The position numbers and the translations under genes are program-made. From a virus, in IMG/VR virus record IMGVR_UViG_3300033128_000043, positions 15,639 through 79,638 of that record: DNA of 64,000 nt; one strand, 5' to 3'. Positions 56,166-64,000 of this stretch are shown here, piece after piece (position 1 is the first letter of the stretch; each line of letters starts with the position of its first letter). The notes under the pieces were generated by a model. The model made no database searches and was not told where the DNA came from. It saw only the letters and a list, made by a program, of their open reading frames with translations.

Positions 56166-57313
56166 TTACCTGCACCTACTCCCAAAAGAAAGTCCTTAAT
56201 AGAGGCAGCTATTGCGTATGCGACATCGACTGTAACTGCATTGCCAAATTGCTTGTATAGTTGACTATCCGATACTGTAAACTCATAAGACTCTGGGAAG
56301 CCTTGGAGTCGGGCATATTCTCTAGGAGTTAACTTCCTCACCTTATACTCAGGAACTAATTCCATGTCCGTTAAACTTGTATGATTGGGTACTCCTGTAA
56401 CCATCACTTTGATCCCTTCACCCTTATTTGTTGTAAGGGTAGGAGAAATACCTTCTTCAAAATAAACGTTCCCATTCATGCCTCTCCCGCTAGGGTTACA
56501 ATTCGCCAAATAAATGATCCCGTGCAAGTCTTGGGAAGTTAAAGTGAACATCTCTTGTTCATTCTCTTTAGCTCTTCTGCCATTCTGCCTCTTATTGACT
56601 CTATCCGGTGTAATGGTTGCGTGTACTTGATCAAGCCTGTCTATTCTCTTCAATGCTTGATCAATAATTGCTTTTGCCTTCTCACTACTAATGAAATATT
56701 TATCAGGTACCTTATCTTCCAGAACCGAGGATAGTTTTGGAACATATGACTCATCCTGCTTAGGAAATTTGAAAACACTTGATAAGTCTTCACGCACACC
56801 TACGATAAAGTATCTTTCTCTGTTTTGAGGCACACCCCAGAATTTAGAGTTATACATAATTGAATACATCTTGTATCCAGCTAATTCATATTCCCGCTCA
56901 ATTTCAGCTAAATACTTGTTGACTGCCTTAACGTTCTCGGCTAAAATAATTTTCGGTAAGTTTGTTGGTTTGTTGGTGCGGGTTTCATCAAGTAGTCGCA
57001 TGACTTCATAGAACAAACCACTTCTAGTCTTGTTTTTAATCATTCCCGCCTGCTTACCTGCCACTGATATGTCCTGACATGGGAAACCAAATGTCCATAC
57101 ATCCGCATAAGGTAACTCATCAAATGTCATATTGGTTATATCCGATAACTTTACTTTCGGACTAACATTCTGCCCATAGCTTTCTACTGCCCACTTATCA
57201 AAATCCCAAGCGCCTGCTAAGCGAAAGCCTGCATACTTAAAACCTAGCCCCATTCCACCCGCACCACAAAACAAATCATTTACTTTTAGAATTGAATCTA
57301 GTTCTCTTTCCAT
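56162..57313 (-). CDS. C5-cytosine DNA methyltransferase, probably multispecific
   Basis: LFCGAGG, GFPCQ, ENV, QNRER and KQFGNAV motifs; variable region has two TL-containing segments. Confidence 0.92.
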   Translation of the reverse strand: MERELDSILKVNDLFCGAGGMGLGFKYAGFRLAGAWDFDKWAVESYGQNVSPKVKLSDITNMTFDELPYADVWTFGFPCQDISVAGKQAGMIKNKTRSGLFYEVMRLLDETRTNKPTNLPKIILAENVKAVNKYLAEIEREYELAGYKMYSIMYNSKFWGVPQNRERYFIVGVREDLSSVFKFPKQDESYVPKLSSVLEDKVPDKYFISSEKAKAIIDQALKRIDRLDQVHATITPDRVNKRQNGRRAKENEQEMFTLTSQDLHGIIYLANCNPSGRGMNGNVYFEEGISPTLTTNKGEGIKVMVTGVPNHTSLTDMELVPEYKVRKLTPREYARLQGFPESYEFTVSDSQLYKQFGNAVTVDVAYAIAASIKDFLLGVGAGK

Positions 57314-57666
57314 TAAACCCTCCCGTAGGTCGTCAAATATTGATTCAAGACCCCTGCATATTTTTTACTGTGTAGAAAATTAAATCGTTCTTGGTGTAAC
57401 TTCTGAGTCCATCTAGTCAAATAATCCAACTCGTTCATTTGGTGGAACCCTTTTCGAATCTCTTTGTAATAGAGCTCAGTATCACTGACAGCCCGCCAAT
57501 GACGCATGGACCTAACTTGCTGTGCTGTTTTAGCAGTAGACATAGCAATTGCTTCAGCTTTTAATTGTTTTTTTCGGTTTGATACTATGCCAGCTACGAT
57601 TTTCTTTAAAATTAAGTCACTGTATGCTGCAACAAAGTCAGTAGGCTGGTTCACTTCCAAAGTCAC
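57313..57666 (-). CDS. Hypothetical protein
   Basis: 117 aa ORF with RBS. Confidence 0.55.
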   Translation of the reverse strand: MTLEVNQPTDFVAAYSDLILKKIVAGIVSNRKKQLKAEAIAMSTAKTAQQVRSMRHWRAVSDTELYYKEIRKGFHQMNELDYLTRWTQKLHQERFNFLHSKKYAGVLNQYLTTYGRV

Positions 57667-57705
57667 CCCCTAGATAGATCAAAATAAAATCCCTTACGCA
57701 ATAAG

Positions 57706-57733
57706 TAGTGGCAAGGGATTTTTTGAAGTTGCT
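57706..57733 (-). promoter_or_regulatory. Candidate phage promoter AGCAAC-N16-CCACTA, overlapping a terminator hairpin
   Basis: Motif recurrence; upstream of the methyltransferase-sprT-recA operon. Confidence 0.55.
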
Positions 57734-57739
57734 ATTAAA

Positions 57740-58273
57740 TTAAACTGACCTGCGGGAAATCGCTCTTGATATAGTAAACTCAATCTTTTCCCACTTATAA
57801 ACCATTCCGCTTAACATGGTGACTCTTTCTTCATATTTCACAAGCTCATCCATAATTTTCTTATACAGCGGGTGGCTTCCAGCTACTGCGGATTTCTGCT
57901 CACGGCTACCTGAAGCATGCGCAAATATATAATCTTTCACATACGATGCCGCACGCTCTAGGATAGTCTTTTGGCCTTCCCTCACACCTCGAACCCAATA
58001 GGCATACCCTAGCAATCTGAGCCATTTCTCTAAATATTTTTCAAGATCGTGGTTATGCAAATTAACAATACCTACAGTATCCATGAGATTGTCCCATTCA
58101 TCGGGAAGCGTCTGCCACTCAGAGGGCAGCCTATCAGGAAACATCACACCAGATTGGGGGAGATGTTTAACGTCAGGGGATTCAACCGAAGCTATTGCTC
58201 CCTCGACATATTGAGCAATCATTTGTTCTTGCTCCTCAGATAAACATTCAAAAGGATTTCCCACGCTCAGCAC
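57740..58273 (-). CDS. Helical protein, possible UvsY-like recombination mediator
   Basis: Long amphipathic helices ending 'ISRAISRR'; near recA; weak call. Confidence 0.4.
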   Translation of the reverse strand: MLSVGNPFECLSEEQEQMIAQYVEGAIASVESPDVKHLPQSGVMFPDRLPSEWQTLPDEWDNLMDTVGIVNLHNHDLEKYLEKWLRLLGYAYWVRGVREGQKTILERAASYVKDYIFAHASGSREQKSAVAGSHPLYKKIMDELVKYEERVTMLSGMVYKWEKIEFTISRAISRRSV

Positions 58274-58500
58274 TCCTTATAGTTTATGAAAGGGTTAAGT
58301 GCCCCACCTTCACCTTTGCGATTCAGCCAATAAATAATTGCATCAGCCCCTGAGTGCAGCGTGTAACTAGCAGCAACAGAAGCAAGCTTTTTATTGCATC
58401 CAGCAGCGTTATAAATATTCTTCATCTCTTCTAGAGTAATAGGGTATTTAGTTACCATATCAACCAAAAAAGGATCTTCTGTCATAAAATCGTAATTCAC
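58267..58500 (-). CDS. Hypothetical protein
   Basis: 77 aa ORF in operon. Confidence 0.5.
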   Translation of the reverse strand: MNYDFMTEDPFLVDMVTKYPITLEEMKNIYNAAGCNKKLASVAASYTLHSGADAIIYWLNRKGEGGALNPFINYKEC

Positions 58501-58518
58501 TTGCTTTACCTCACTAGC

Positions 58519-58818
58519 TTAAGTATTTAATACTTTGTCAATCTGTACTTTAATCGATTTGATGTCTTTCAATAGCTCCGATATTGTGGTAGCTTCAGAA
58601 TCACGTATTGATTGATCCAAGATCCACTTAAGTGCTTTCTCCACAGTACGGCAGTACGCTACATCTTTAAACGATAGTACCGGTTCTGGTGATTCACCTT
58701 TAGCCTCTCTTTCTTTCCAGTTGGGGGCTTTAGTTGGATCAGCCATGTAGCAGTGTCTGACAGTGATATTTAATCTATCCGAAACGATCTTGTAATCGGG
58801 AGTAACCTGAATGTCCAA
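58519..58818 (-). CDS. Hypothetical phage protein (DUF5405-like)
   Basis: 'YKIVSDRLNI...AL..ILDQSIR.SEATTI.EL...I' pattern. Confidence 0.55.
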   Translation of the reverse strand: MDIQVTPDYKIVSDRLNITVRHCYMADPTKAPNWKEREAKGESPEPVLSFKDVAYCRTVEKALKWILDQSIRDSEATTISELLKDIKSIKVQIDKVLNT

Positions 58819-58830
58819 TATAACTACCTC

Positions 58831-59034
58831 CTAGCTGTGTCTTTTCATTCTTTTAACGTACTGAACCCGAATACCTGATGATTTTAATTGAGCCTTACTA
58901 GCCCTAACAGCACACCACAGCGACAAACCCTCAAAAAATGAAAAAACGGCTTCAAATACCACAACAAATACATAGAAAAATGAACCGACAGCACTTGATA
59001 AATTTTCAAGTAATTTTAAAGTGAAATGTTTCAA
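58831..59034 (-). CDS. Small hydrophobic protein
   Basis: 67 aa, one hydrophobic segment, RBS GGAGGT. Confidence 0.5.
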   Translation of the reverse strand: MKHFTLKLLENLSSAVGSFFYVFVVVFEAVFSFFEGLSLWCAVRASKAQLKSSGIRVQYVKRMKRHS

Positions 59035-59816
59035 TGAATATCCTCCTTTGAACGCACTCTGCGCTCCATAGTGGAAATTGATTTTGGGTCATTATCATTT
59101 AATATAAACCTACGTCCAGTGTTCATAGCCGATATACCAGTAGTCCCACTCCCCGCACAACAATCGATAACGATTCCGTTATCGTCCGTATATGTCTTTA
59201 TCAAAAACTCAAATAAAGAAACAGGTTTTTGGGTAGGGTGTAGGCCTTTTTCGATATTAAATTTTTGGACACTACGAGGGTATCTTCTTCCTTCGTATAC
59301 CCCACTAGTACGCTCATACCCATCAGAAGTTGCAAGATTACTAGTCATGCCACTACGATTAACCTTGTAGGGTTTCCCTTCCAAATATTGCGGGTTATAT
59401 TTCATGTTTGTCCCTTTTTTGGTGTAAGTTGTTGCACTTTTCCCAAAAATAAGAACTTGCTCATGTACCTTAAACGGTTGATATTTGACATGCGTAAAAT
59501 TACTACCGTTATCTTTCTCCCAAATCCACTCATACTTAAACCAATTCAAGTGATTGGTTACCAAATAACTTGCAAACGGATTGGTCGCTGTTAAGGCGAT
59601 AACTCCTGTTTTTGTTAATAGTTTTGTGGCTAATTCAAAGAATCTATCCGTATCTACAGGTAAATCCCATTTATTTGCAGTTACTCGATTCTTACCTCTA
59701 AACGTATATGGGAAGTCCACTAAAAACATATCTATGGACTCATCCCCAAACTCCTCATATACCTGTTCTAAAAACGTAATTGCGTCAAAATTATATATTT
59801 TATTTTGTTCTATCAT
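59031..59816 (-). CDS. DNA amino-methyltransferase (probably N6-A, beta class)
   Basis: Motif IV variant 'LVDFPY', 'HPTQKP', motif I 'DCCAGSGTT'. Confidence 0.88.
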   Translation of the reverse strand: MIEQNKIYNFDAITFLEQVYEEFGDESIDMFLVDFPYTFRGKNRVTANKWDLPVDTDRFFELATKLLTKTGVIALTATNPFASYLVTNHLNWFKYEWIWEKDNGSNFTHVKYQPFKVHEQVLIFGKSATTYTKKGTNMKYNPQYLEGKPYKVNRSGMTSNLATSDGYERTSGVYEGRRYPRSVQKFNIEKGLHPTQKPVSLFEFLIKTYTDDNGIVIDCCAGSGTTGISAMNTGRRFILNDNDPKSISTMERRVRSKEDIH

Positions 59817-59898
59817 CTAGGTACTCCTATTCTCCACAAGATTGCAACAAACTAAGGGTAAGAAGCAATCTTATTATTCTGGTTTATCTCCTGATAAT

Positions 59899-60624
59899 TC
59901 AATTTCCCTTAATACGGCGTGTTAGGCTTCCGTCTTCCTCAAACGTAAATCCATTACGATGAGCAATTTCCTTTAACTCAGGTCCATAGTCAGTACCTTC
60001 TTCATTTAAAATGGTAAGCAGTGTCTCTATGTCTTTGATCTGCTGCTCTTTTTGCTCAGCCCTAAGCACAGCTTCTTTTAGTACTTCTTTATACGGCGTT
60101 ACCCCGCCATGTAGTGGATCTAGAGGGGTCAGGACATAGTAGCGCCACTTTTCTGCTTCACTTAATTCCCCAATGTTGGGGAAATCTACTTTGGAAACCT
60201 CCGCACCTCCACCACTATGCCTATTGTTCCCTTCGCTGAAATGAGTGACAGCACATACGGGACTTTGGATAGCCCCGTCACTATCGTGATACACGATTAA
60301 ATCCCCCAAAGAAGCAGGAATCTTTCTTAGCAAGTACCTGCTATTCGCAATGTGTGCTGTAGATGTTTTTTTAAGTACGTTATATTGGTCTAATTTAATT
60401 AGCCCCTCTGCGTTAGCACGTGATACGGCTTCCGTACAGAACACATCGCCTTTATTCTTAGTGCATTCCTTACTTACTGTGAATATTGTTCCTGACCTGT
60501 GGATACCGTCAAAATAGGATCTAAGTAAAACAATCTTGTCTCCTTTTTTGGCTAAGGGTAAATTTGAAGCAACATACTCCATATCCACACCCAACACGAT
60601 GTCTTTTAAAACAAAGGTTTCCAA
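59899..60624 (-). CDS. Hypothetical protein
   Basis: 241 aa ORF with RBS. Confidence 0.55.
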   Translation of the reverse strand: METFVLKDIVLGVDMEYVASNLPLAKKGDKIVLLRSYFDGIHRSGTIFTVSKECTKNKGDVFCTEAVSRANAEGLIKLDQYNVLKKTSTAHIANSRYLLRKIPASLGDLIVYHDSDGAIQSPVCAVTHFSEGNNRHSGGGAEVSKVDFPNIGELSEAEKWRYYVLTPLDPLHGGVTPYKEVLKEAVLRAEQKEQQIKDIETLLTILNEEGTDYGPELKEIAHRNGFTFEEDGSLTRRIKGN

Positions 60625-60637
60625 TCAATATCCCCCT

Positions 60638-61048
60638 CTACAGTGCATTCTTTCTAATCGTGACCCGCTGCTCAGGCGACATGTAGTGATATTTTTGGTA
60701 TTGCTCTAAGGTCAACTTACCTTGCTCAGTTAGGTCAATCAGTACGTCTTTTTTATTTGCATTAGATACAGCAATACCTAGATCGCTGGCCAATTGATCT
60801 GTATCTACTTTTTTAACTTCTACCTGTTTAACTGTGATTTTAAGGTTGTGATTTTCGTCCAAGATTACATCATAACTATCACTGTCTATCTCCTTCATAA
60901 GACGAAGTAGTTTTTTCTTAAGTAACTCCTTGGTGTCCTCTGCCTTTGCAATTTGTCGCGTACACTCGTAGTAGCTCAAAGCTGCCTGCTCTATTTGCGT
61001 AGGTAACGATTCCTTTGGTGTCTCTTGATTTGTTTTTTCTTTAGACAT
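60638..61048 (-). CDS. Hypothetical protein
   Basis: 136 aa, coiled-coil N half. Confidence 0.55.
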   Translation of the reverse strand: MSKEKTNQETPKESLPTQIEQAALSYYECTRQIAKAEDTKELLKKKLLRLMKEIDSDSYDVILDENHNLKITVKQVEVKKVDTDQLASDLGIAVSNANKKDVLIDLTEQGKLTLEQYQKYHYMSPEQRVTIRKNAL

Positions 61049-61640
61049 TTCTATCCACTCCTAAGTAATATTTTTTATAACCGTAATAAGCAAAGCCTGT
61101 AGCATCAGCTGCATCCATATTTCCATCAAAAACAGACACTTCAATACCCAATTCACCAGCCAGCACGTTTGCAACATCGCCTTTATCTGCATGACCATGC
61201 CCTGCAACGAACAATTTCATTTCTGACGGGGTAAGGAACTCAATGTCTGTGCCCAATAACTCAGCCTCCATTACGCCTCTAACTCGATATAACGCTTTGA
61301 CATCATTTTTGAATTTTACGAAACCATCCTCCGCAAATACGATAGGGAAAATTGGGTCGTATTTAGCGCGAAGCTCTCTAATCTTTGCTTGAATCAACGC
61401 CAATTTAGTTGCATAGGTCGTTCCTTTTGGCCAAGTGGGTGTCCTACCTGAAACTGATCCCATTTCAGCGATCTTTGGGGGTTTCTTCTTGTGCAAACAA
61501 TCCAGCACACTAAAGCCGAAACCGTCCAATGAAGGATCAAATGCGACAATAAACCGATACTTCTTACGGACCGTTTCCACGTCCATAAGTGACGGGTTTA
61601 ATGTCAATATCCTTGGCGGTACTTTTTCTTTTTTTGCCAA
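61041..61640 (-). CDS. ruvC: RuvC-like Holliday junction resolvase
   Basis: 'IVAFDPS..GFGF', 'FAEDGF', 'PSEMK..VAGHGHADK', 'DAADA'. Confidence 0.8.
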   Translation of the reverse strand: MAKKEKVPPRILTLNPSLMDVETVRKKYRFIVAFDPSLDGFGFSVLDCLHKKKPPKIAEMGSVSGRTPTWPKGTTYATKLALIQAKIRELRAKYDPIFPIVFAEDGFVKFKNDVKALYRVRGVMEAELLGTDIEFLTPSEMKLFVAGHGHADKGDVANVLAGELGIEVSVFDGNMDAADATGFAYYGYKKYYLGVDRNV

Positions 61641-61666
61641 ATCTCTTCTCTCCCTTCTGAATTAAA

Positions 61667-61694
61667 TAGGGGGTAGGCGCGGGAAGTAGTTGCA
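61667..61694 (-). promoter_or_regulatory. Candidate phage promoter TGCAAC-N16-CCCCTA
   Basis: Motif recurrence; upstream of the ruvC operon. Confidence 0.55.
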
Positions 61695-61729
61695 CACAAA
61701 ATAAAAAAAGTCTGCTAATTTAGCAGACT

Positions 61730-62749
61730 CTAAGAAATAGTGAGTATGAATTTGTTGGATAGTTCAGATTCGTTATCACTTGTATCTACGGCGGTCATTG
61801 TAATTTCATGTGTTTCTTCCTCATCTCCCGAAGGCACAAGAGGAAGGGCTATCGGATTATCAACAAATTTTGATTTCACTTCCACGCCGTCAAGGAAAAG
61901 CCTGTAGTACGCAACATCATCATCAGGGCTCTCTTCATAGGTAACAATGTATTCATCCGCAGCTTCCTCAGATGGTTCAACGAAAAGAACACTTGGCGGT
62001 TCAGGAGCAATATCATCCCTTACTAAGACAGGCACTACGATCTCAGTTGGACCATTAGAGATAATGATACGTGTGCTACCGCCACCTACAGCATTAACCA
62101 ACCCTACATCATTTACAGTGGCTATTGTTTCATCCTCTGAACGGAAAAGCACGCTCATTTGCCCAACATATACATCCATGCGCCAATTGTCTCCAGTTGC
62201 CACTGCATCGTCTGTAGTAAACTCAATTCCAATAGATTCTCCTTTGAAATCAGTCACAGTATATAGATGTTCCTCTTTTTGAGTTACGCGTAGCCCTTGT
62301 GTAAAAATGTCATCATCAATATCAAAGCCTGCGTCTGTTTTAATTAGCTCAAAGAATGCTGTAGGTCCTGTGTATTGAGAGACATCTACATTTAAAATGT
62401 TCCCTGTGTTATTGGCAACTTTGTCGAAGTCTCTAAAAAGAATCACAGGTTCGATCCCATTCTTTAAATCTTTGCTTGTCCCATCGCTCTTCACTGCTTT
62501 GATGTGCAGCTGCACATAGTTTCCGCCATCCAGTTTAATCTCTTTAGGGCTAGGGACTAAATAGAGCGCCGTAGAAGCTGGCACAAACTCAGATGATAGG
62601 AATGTATCAATACTGTTGTTGTACCTGTCTAGTGCTTGATTAAGTACTGTACGCGGGGCTTCTAAATCTGTGGTACTAAGTACTTCTTCCAACTCTTCCT
62701 TTTTCTTATTTAACTCATTGAGATTATCTAAAATATCCGATGTCCTCAT
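61730..62749 (-). CDS. Ig-like (Big_2) plus FN3 protein with N-terminal helical hairpin
   Basis: 'FRSEDETIATVNDVGLVNAVGGGSTRIII' (Big_2) and 'YYRLFLDG...ITMTAVDTSDNES' (FN3). Confidence 0.75.
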   Translation of the reverse strand: MRTSDILDNLNELNKKKEELEEVLSTTDLEAPRTVLNQALDRYNNSIDTFLSSEFVPASTALYLVPSPKEIKLDGGNYVQLHIKAVKSDGTSKDLKNGIEPVILFRDFDKVANNTGNILNVDVSQYTGPTAFFELIKTDAGFDIDDDIFTQGLRVTQKEEHLYTVTDFKGESIGIEFTTDDAVATGDNWRMDVYVGQMSVLFRSEDETIATVNDVGLVNAVGGGSTRIIISNGPTEIVVPVLVRDDIAPEPPSVLFVEPSEEAADEYIVTYEESPDDDVAYYRLFLDGVEVKSKFVDNPIALPLVPSGDEEETHEITMTAVDTSDNESELSNKFILTIS

Positions 62750-62776
62750 ATCCTCGCCTCCTCAGTTACTGAAATT

Positions 62777-62805
62777 ATTATAGGGAGGAGGGGCTTTGTT
62801 ATATC
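62777..62805 (-). promoter_or_regulatory. Candidate late promoter GATA-N19-TATAAT
   Basis: Same motif and spacing as in the structural module. Confidence 0.5.
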
Positions 62806-62825
62806 GAATAGCAGGTGAGGGTATA

Positions 62826-62873
62826 CTAATTAATTAATATATTTATTAATTAAAGTATTAATATATCAATTGA
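62826..62873. repeat. 8-bp-periodic AT-rich array
   Basis: CTAATTAA TTAATATA TTTATTAA TTAAAGTA TTAATATA TCAATTGA. Confidence 0.6.
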
Positions 62874-62898
62874 CTTGTCGATGAATAAAAAATACTAT
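62870..62898 (+). promoter_or_regulatory. SigA-type promoter
   Basis: TTGACT-N17-TACTAT upstream of 62913. Confidence 0.65.
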
Positions 62899-62912
62899 TT
62901 AATGGAAAACAT

Positions 62913-63545
62913 ATGAATGGAGTGGAAATTTTGGATAAAGATTATGCTGAGGATCAACTATTGAAATGGAGTAATGCTGTGGAAAGTTTATTTCCGCAAG
63001 GTGTCCCTTCTCAGGAAGAATGGACGGACATTGATGAAATACGCGAAGTCCTGAAGCACATGACCGCATCACCAGCAGCCAACCATACCTTTTTAAATTC
63101 AGGTGGGATGGATTTTGATTCTATCGGCACCCCGTTCGAGGAAGATGCAATTACAATAATCATGTCAGGTGCTAGGCTCATCATTAAACCAAAAAGACTT
63201 ACATTTTATAATTTGTTAGACGGTGACCCTAATTGGCTTTTCTTCTATATTGAGTTAGACGAATTAAACCCCATAGGCGCTTATGATGTTGATCGTACTT
63301 CAGAGGAGGTTGTATGGCTTAGTCCAGGTGAATACATTCCTAGAGAGCATTGGGATAGGGACAGTTACAACGGAAGAAACCTGCCGTCTAGCGCTAAGTT
63401 AGTAAAAAGGGAATGGAAAGGGAATTACGTCATGTTTTCGAAGGGCTCTCGCTATAATCGAGGACCTGGTGGGTATGACGGAAGTCATTCTAAGCTGGGC
63501 AGAGATGCATTCAAAAATTACCTTGTTAGAGGACTTCAAGGTTGA
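62913..63545 (+). CDS. Hypothetical protein (moron-like)
   Basis: 210 aa, own SigA promoter, opposite strand to its neighbours. Confidence 0.65.
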   Translation: MNGVEILDKDYAEDQLLKWSNAVESLFPQGVPSQEEWTDIDEIREVLKHMTASPAANHTFLNSGGMDFDSIGTPFEEDAITIIMSGARLIIKPKRLTFYNLLDGDPNWLFFYIELDELNPIGAYDVDRTSEEVVWLSPGEYIPREHWDRDSYNGRNLPSSAKLVKREWKGNYVMFSKGSRYNRGPGGYDGSHSKLGRDAFKNYLVRGLQG

Positions 63546-63600
63546 TTTATCATGCATGATCGTGTAGTCTTTTAGAGATTAAGGAAAAAGGAGCAAGTTA

Positions 63601-63840
63601 ATGGATTTCAATGAACTGTTTGTTTTAACAGGAGATAAAATAATCACATGCGAAAGCGTTTCTGATGCTGCCAATCAATTTGTAATGGCATATAGCGATG
63701 GTAAATCTATTGAAGATTTATCCCTTCACGCACCAATGAGCTTCCCAGATGAGAACAAAAAAGAAGTATTGGATAGCTTCATTGCTAAGTTGAAAGACAT
63801 TAATACTGAAGTTTACACGCGCTTTATCTCTAAAGCGTAG
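63601..63840 (+). CDS. Hypothetical protein
   Basis: 79 aa, RBS AAGGAG. Confidence 0.55.
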   Translation: MDFNELFVLTGDKIITCESVSDAANQFVMAYSDGKSIEDLSLHAPMSFPDENKKEVLDSFIAKLKDINTEVYTRFISKA

Positions 63841-63844
63841 TATA

Positions 63845-63880
63845 AAAAAGACAACCAGATACGTGCTGGCTGTCTTTTTT
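63845..63880 (+). terminator. Rho-independent terminator
   Basis: AAAAAGACAACCAG-atacgtg-CTGGCTGTCTTTTTT. Confidence 0.8.
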
Positions 63881-64000
63881 ATTAATCGTTATATTCCTGG
63901 AACTTACTGCACAGGTGAGTAAAACCACAGAAGTTTTTGCAGTAGAAGTCTTGATATATTGCAGGAAATTTATTTGTATTCCGGTATGTGTTCATCTGGA

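Noticed and set aside
59835-59875. TGCAAC within the IR AAGATTGC...GCAATCTT as a promoter
   Set aside because: Wrong orientation for the flanking genes and no second box; more likely a simple hairpin
1-64000. tRNA, rRNA, reverse transcriptase/DGR or cas genes
   Set aside because: No cloverleaf-sized structured gaps, YxDD RT motif, template/variable repeat pair or cas motifs were seen by eye; a tRNAscan/Infernal run would be needed to exclude them fully

Overview
The whole window is part of a large temperate Bacillus-type siphophage that looks like a phage-plasmid. 1-40.2 kb (+) is one morphogenesis module: major capsid, head-tail joining genes, tail tube, tail chaperone with a -1 frameshift, a 1779-aa tape measure and no sheath gene. 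It continues into an elaborate tail-tip/fibre cluster with SLH, M23, zincin, FN3, GLUG and DNRLRE domains and a family of four paralogs; a PAPS-reductase-like gene sits inside it. A Xer-like tyrosine recombinase with an adjacent dif-arm palindrome and a lysis cassette follow (40.3-43.3 kb). 43.4-62.7 kb (mostly -) holds a sigma factor, MazG, Gam, a 3D-domain protein, a dNMP kinase, an Alp7A/Alp7R-type actin partition system, three DNA methyltransferases, RecA, SprT and two Holliday-junction resolvases. Reading the intergenic DNA gave two recurring non-sigA promoter motifs, four 8-bp-periodic AT-rich arrays and two small ORFs missing from the ORF track. I found no tRNA, rRNA, CRISPR array or IS. 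All family calls come from motif recognition by eye; no searches were run.
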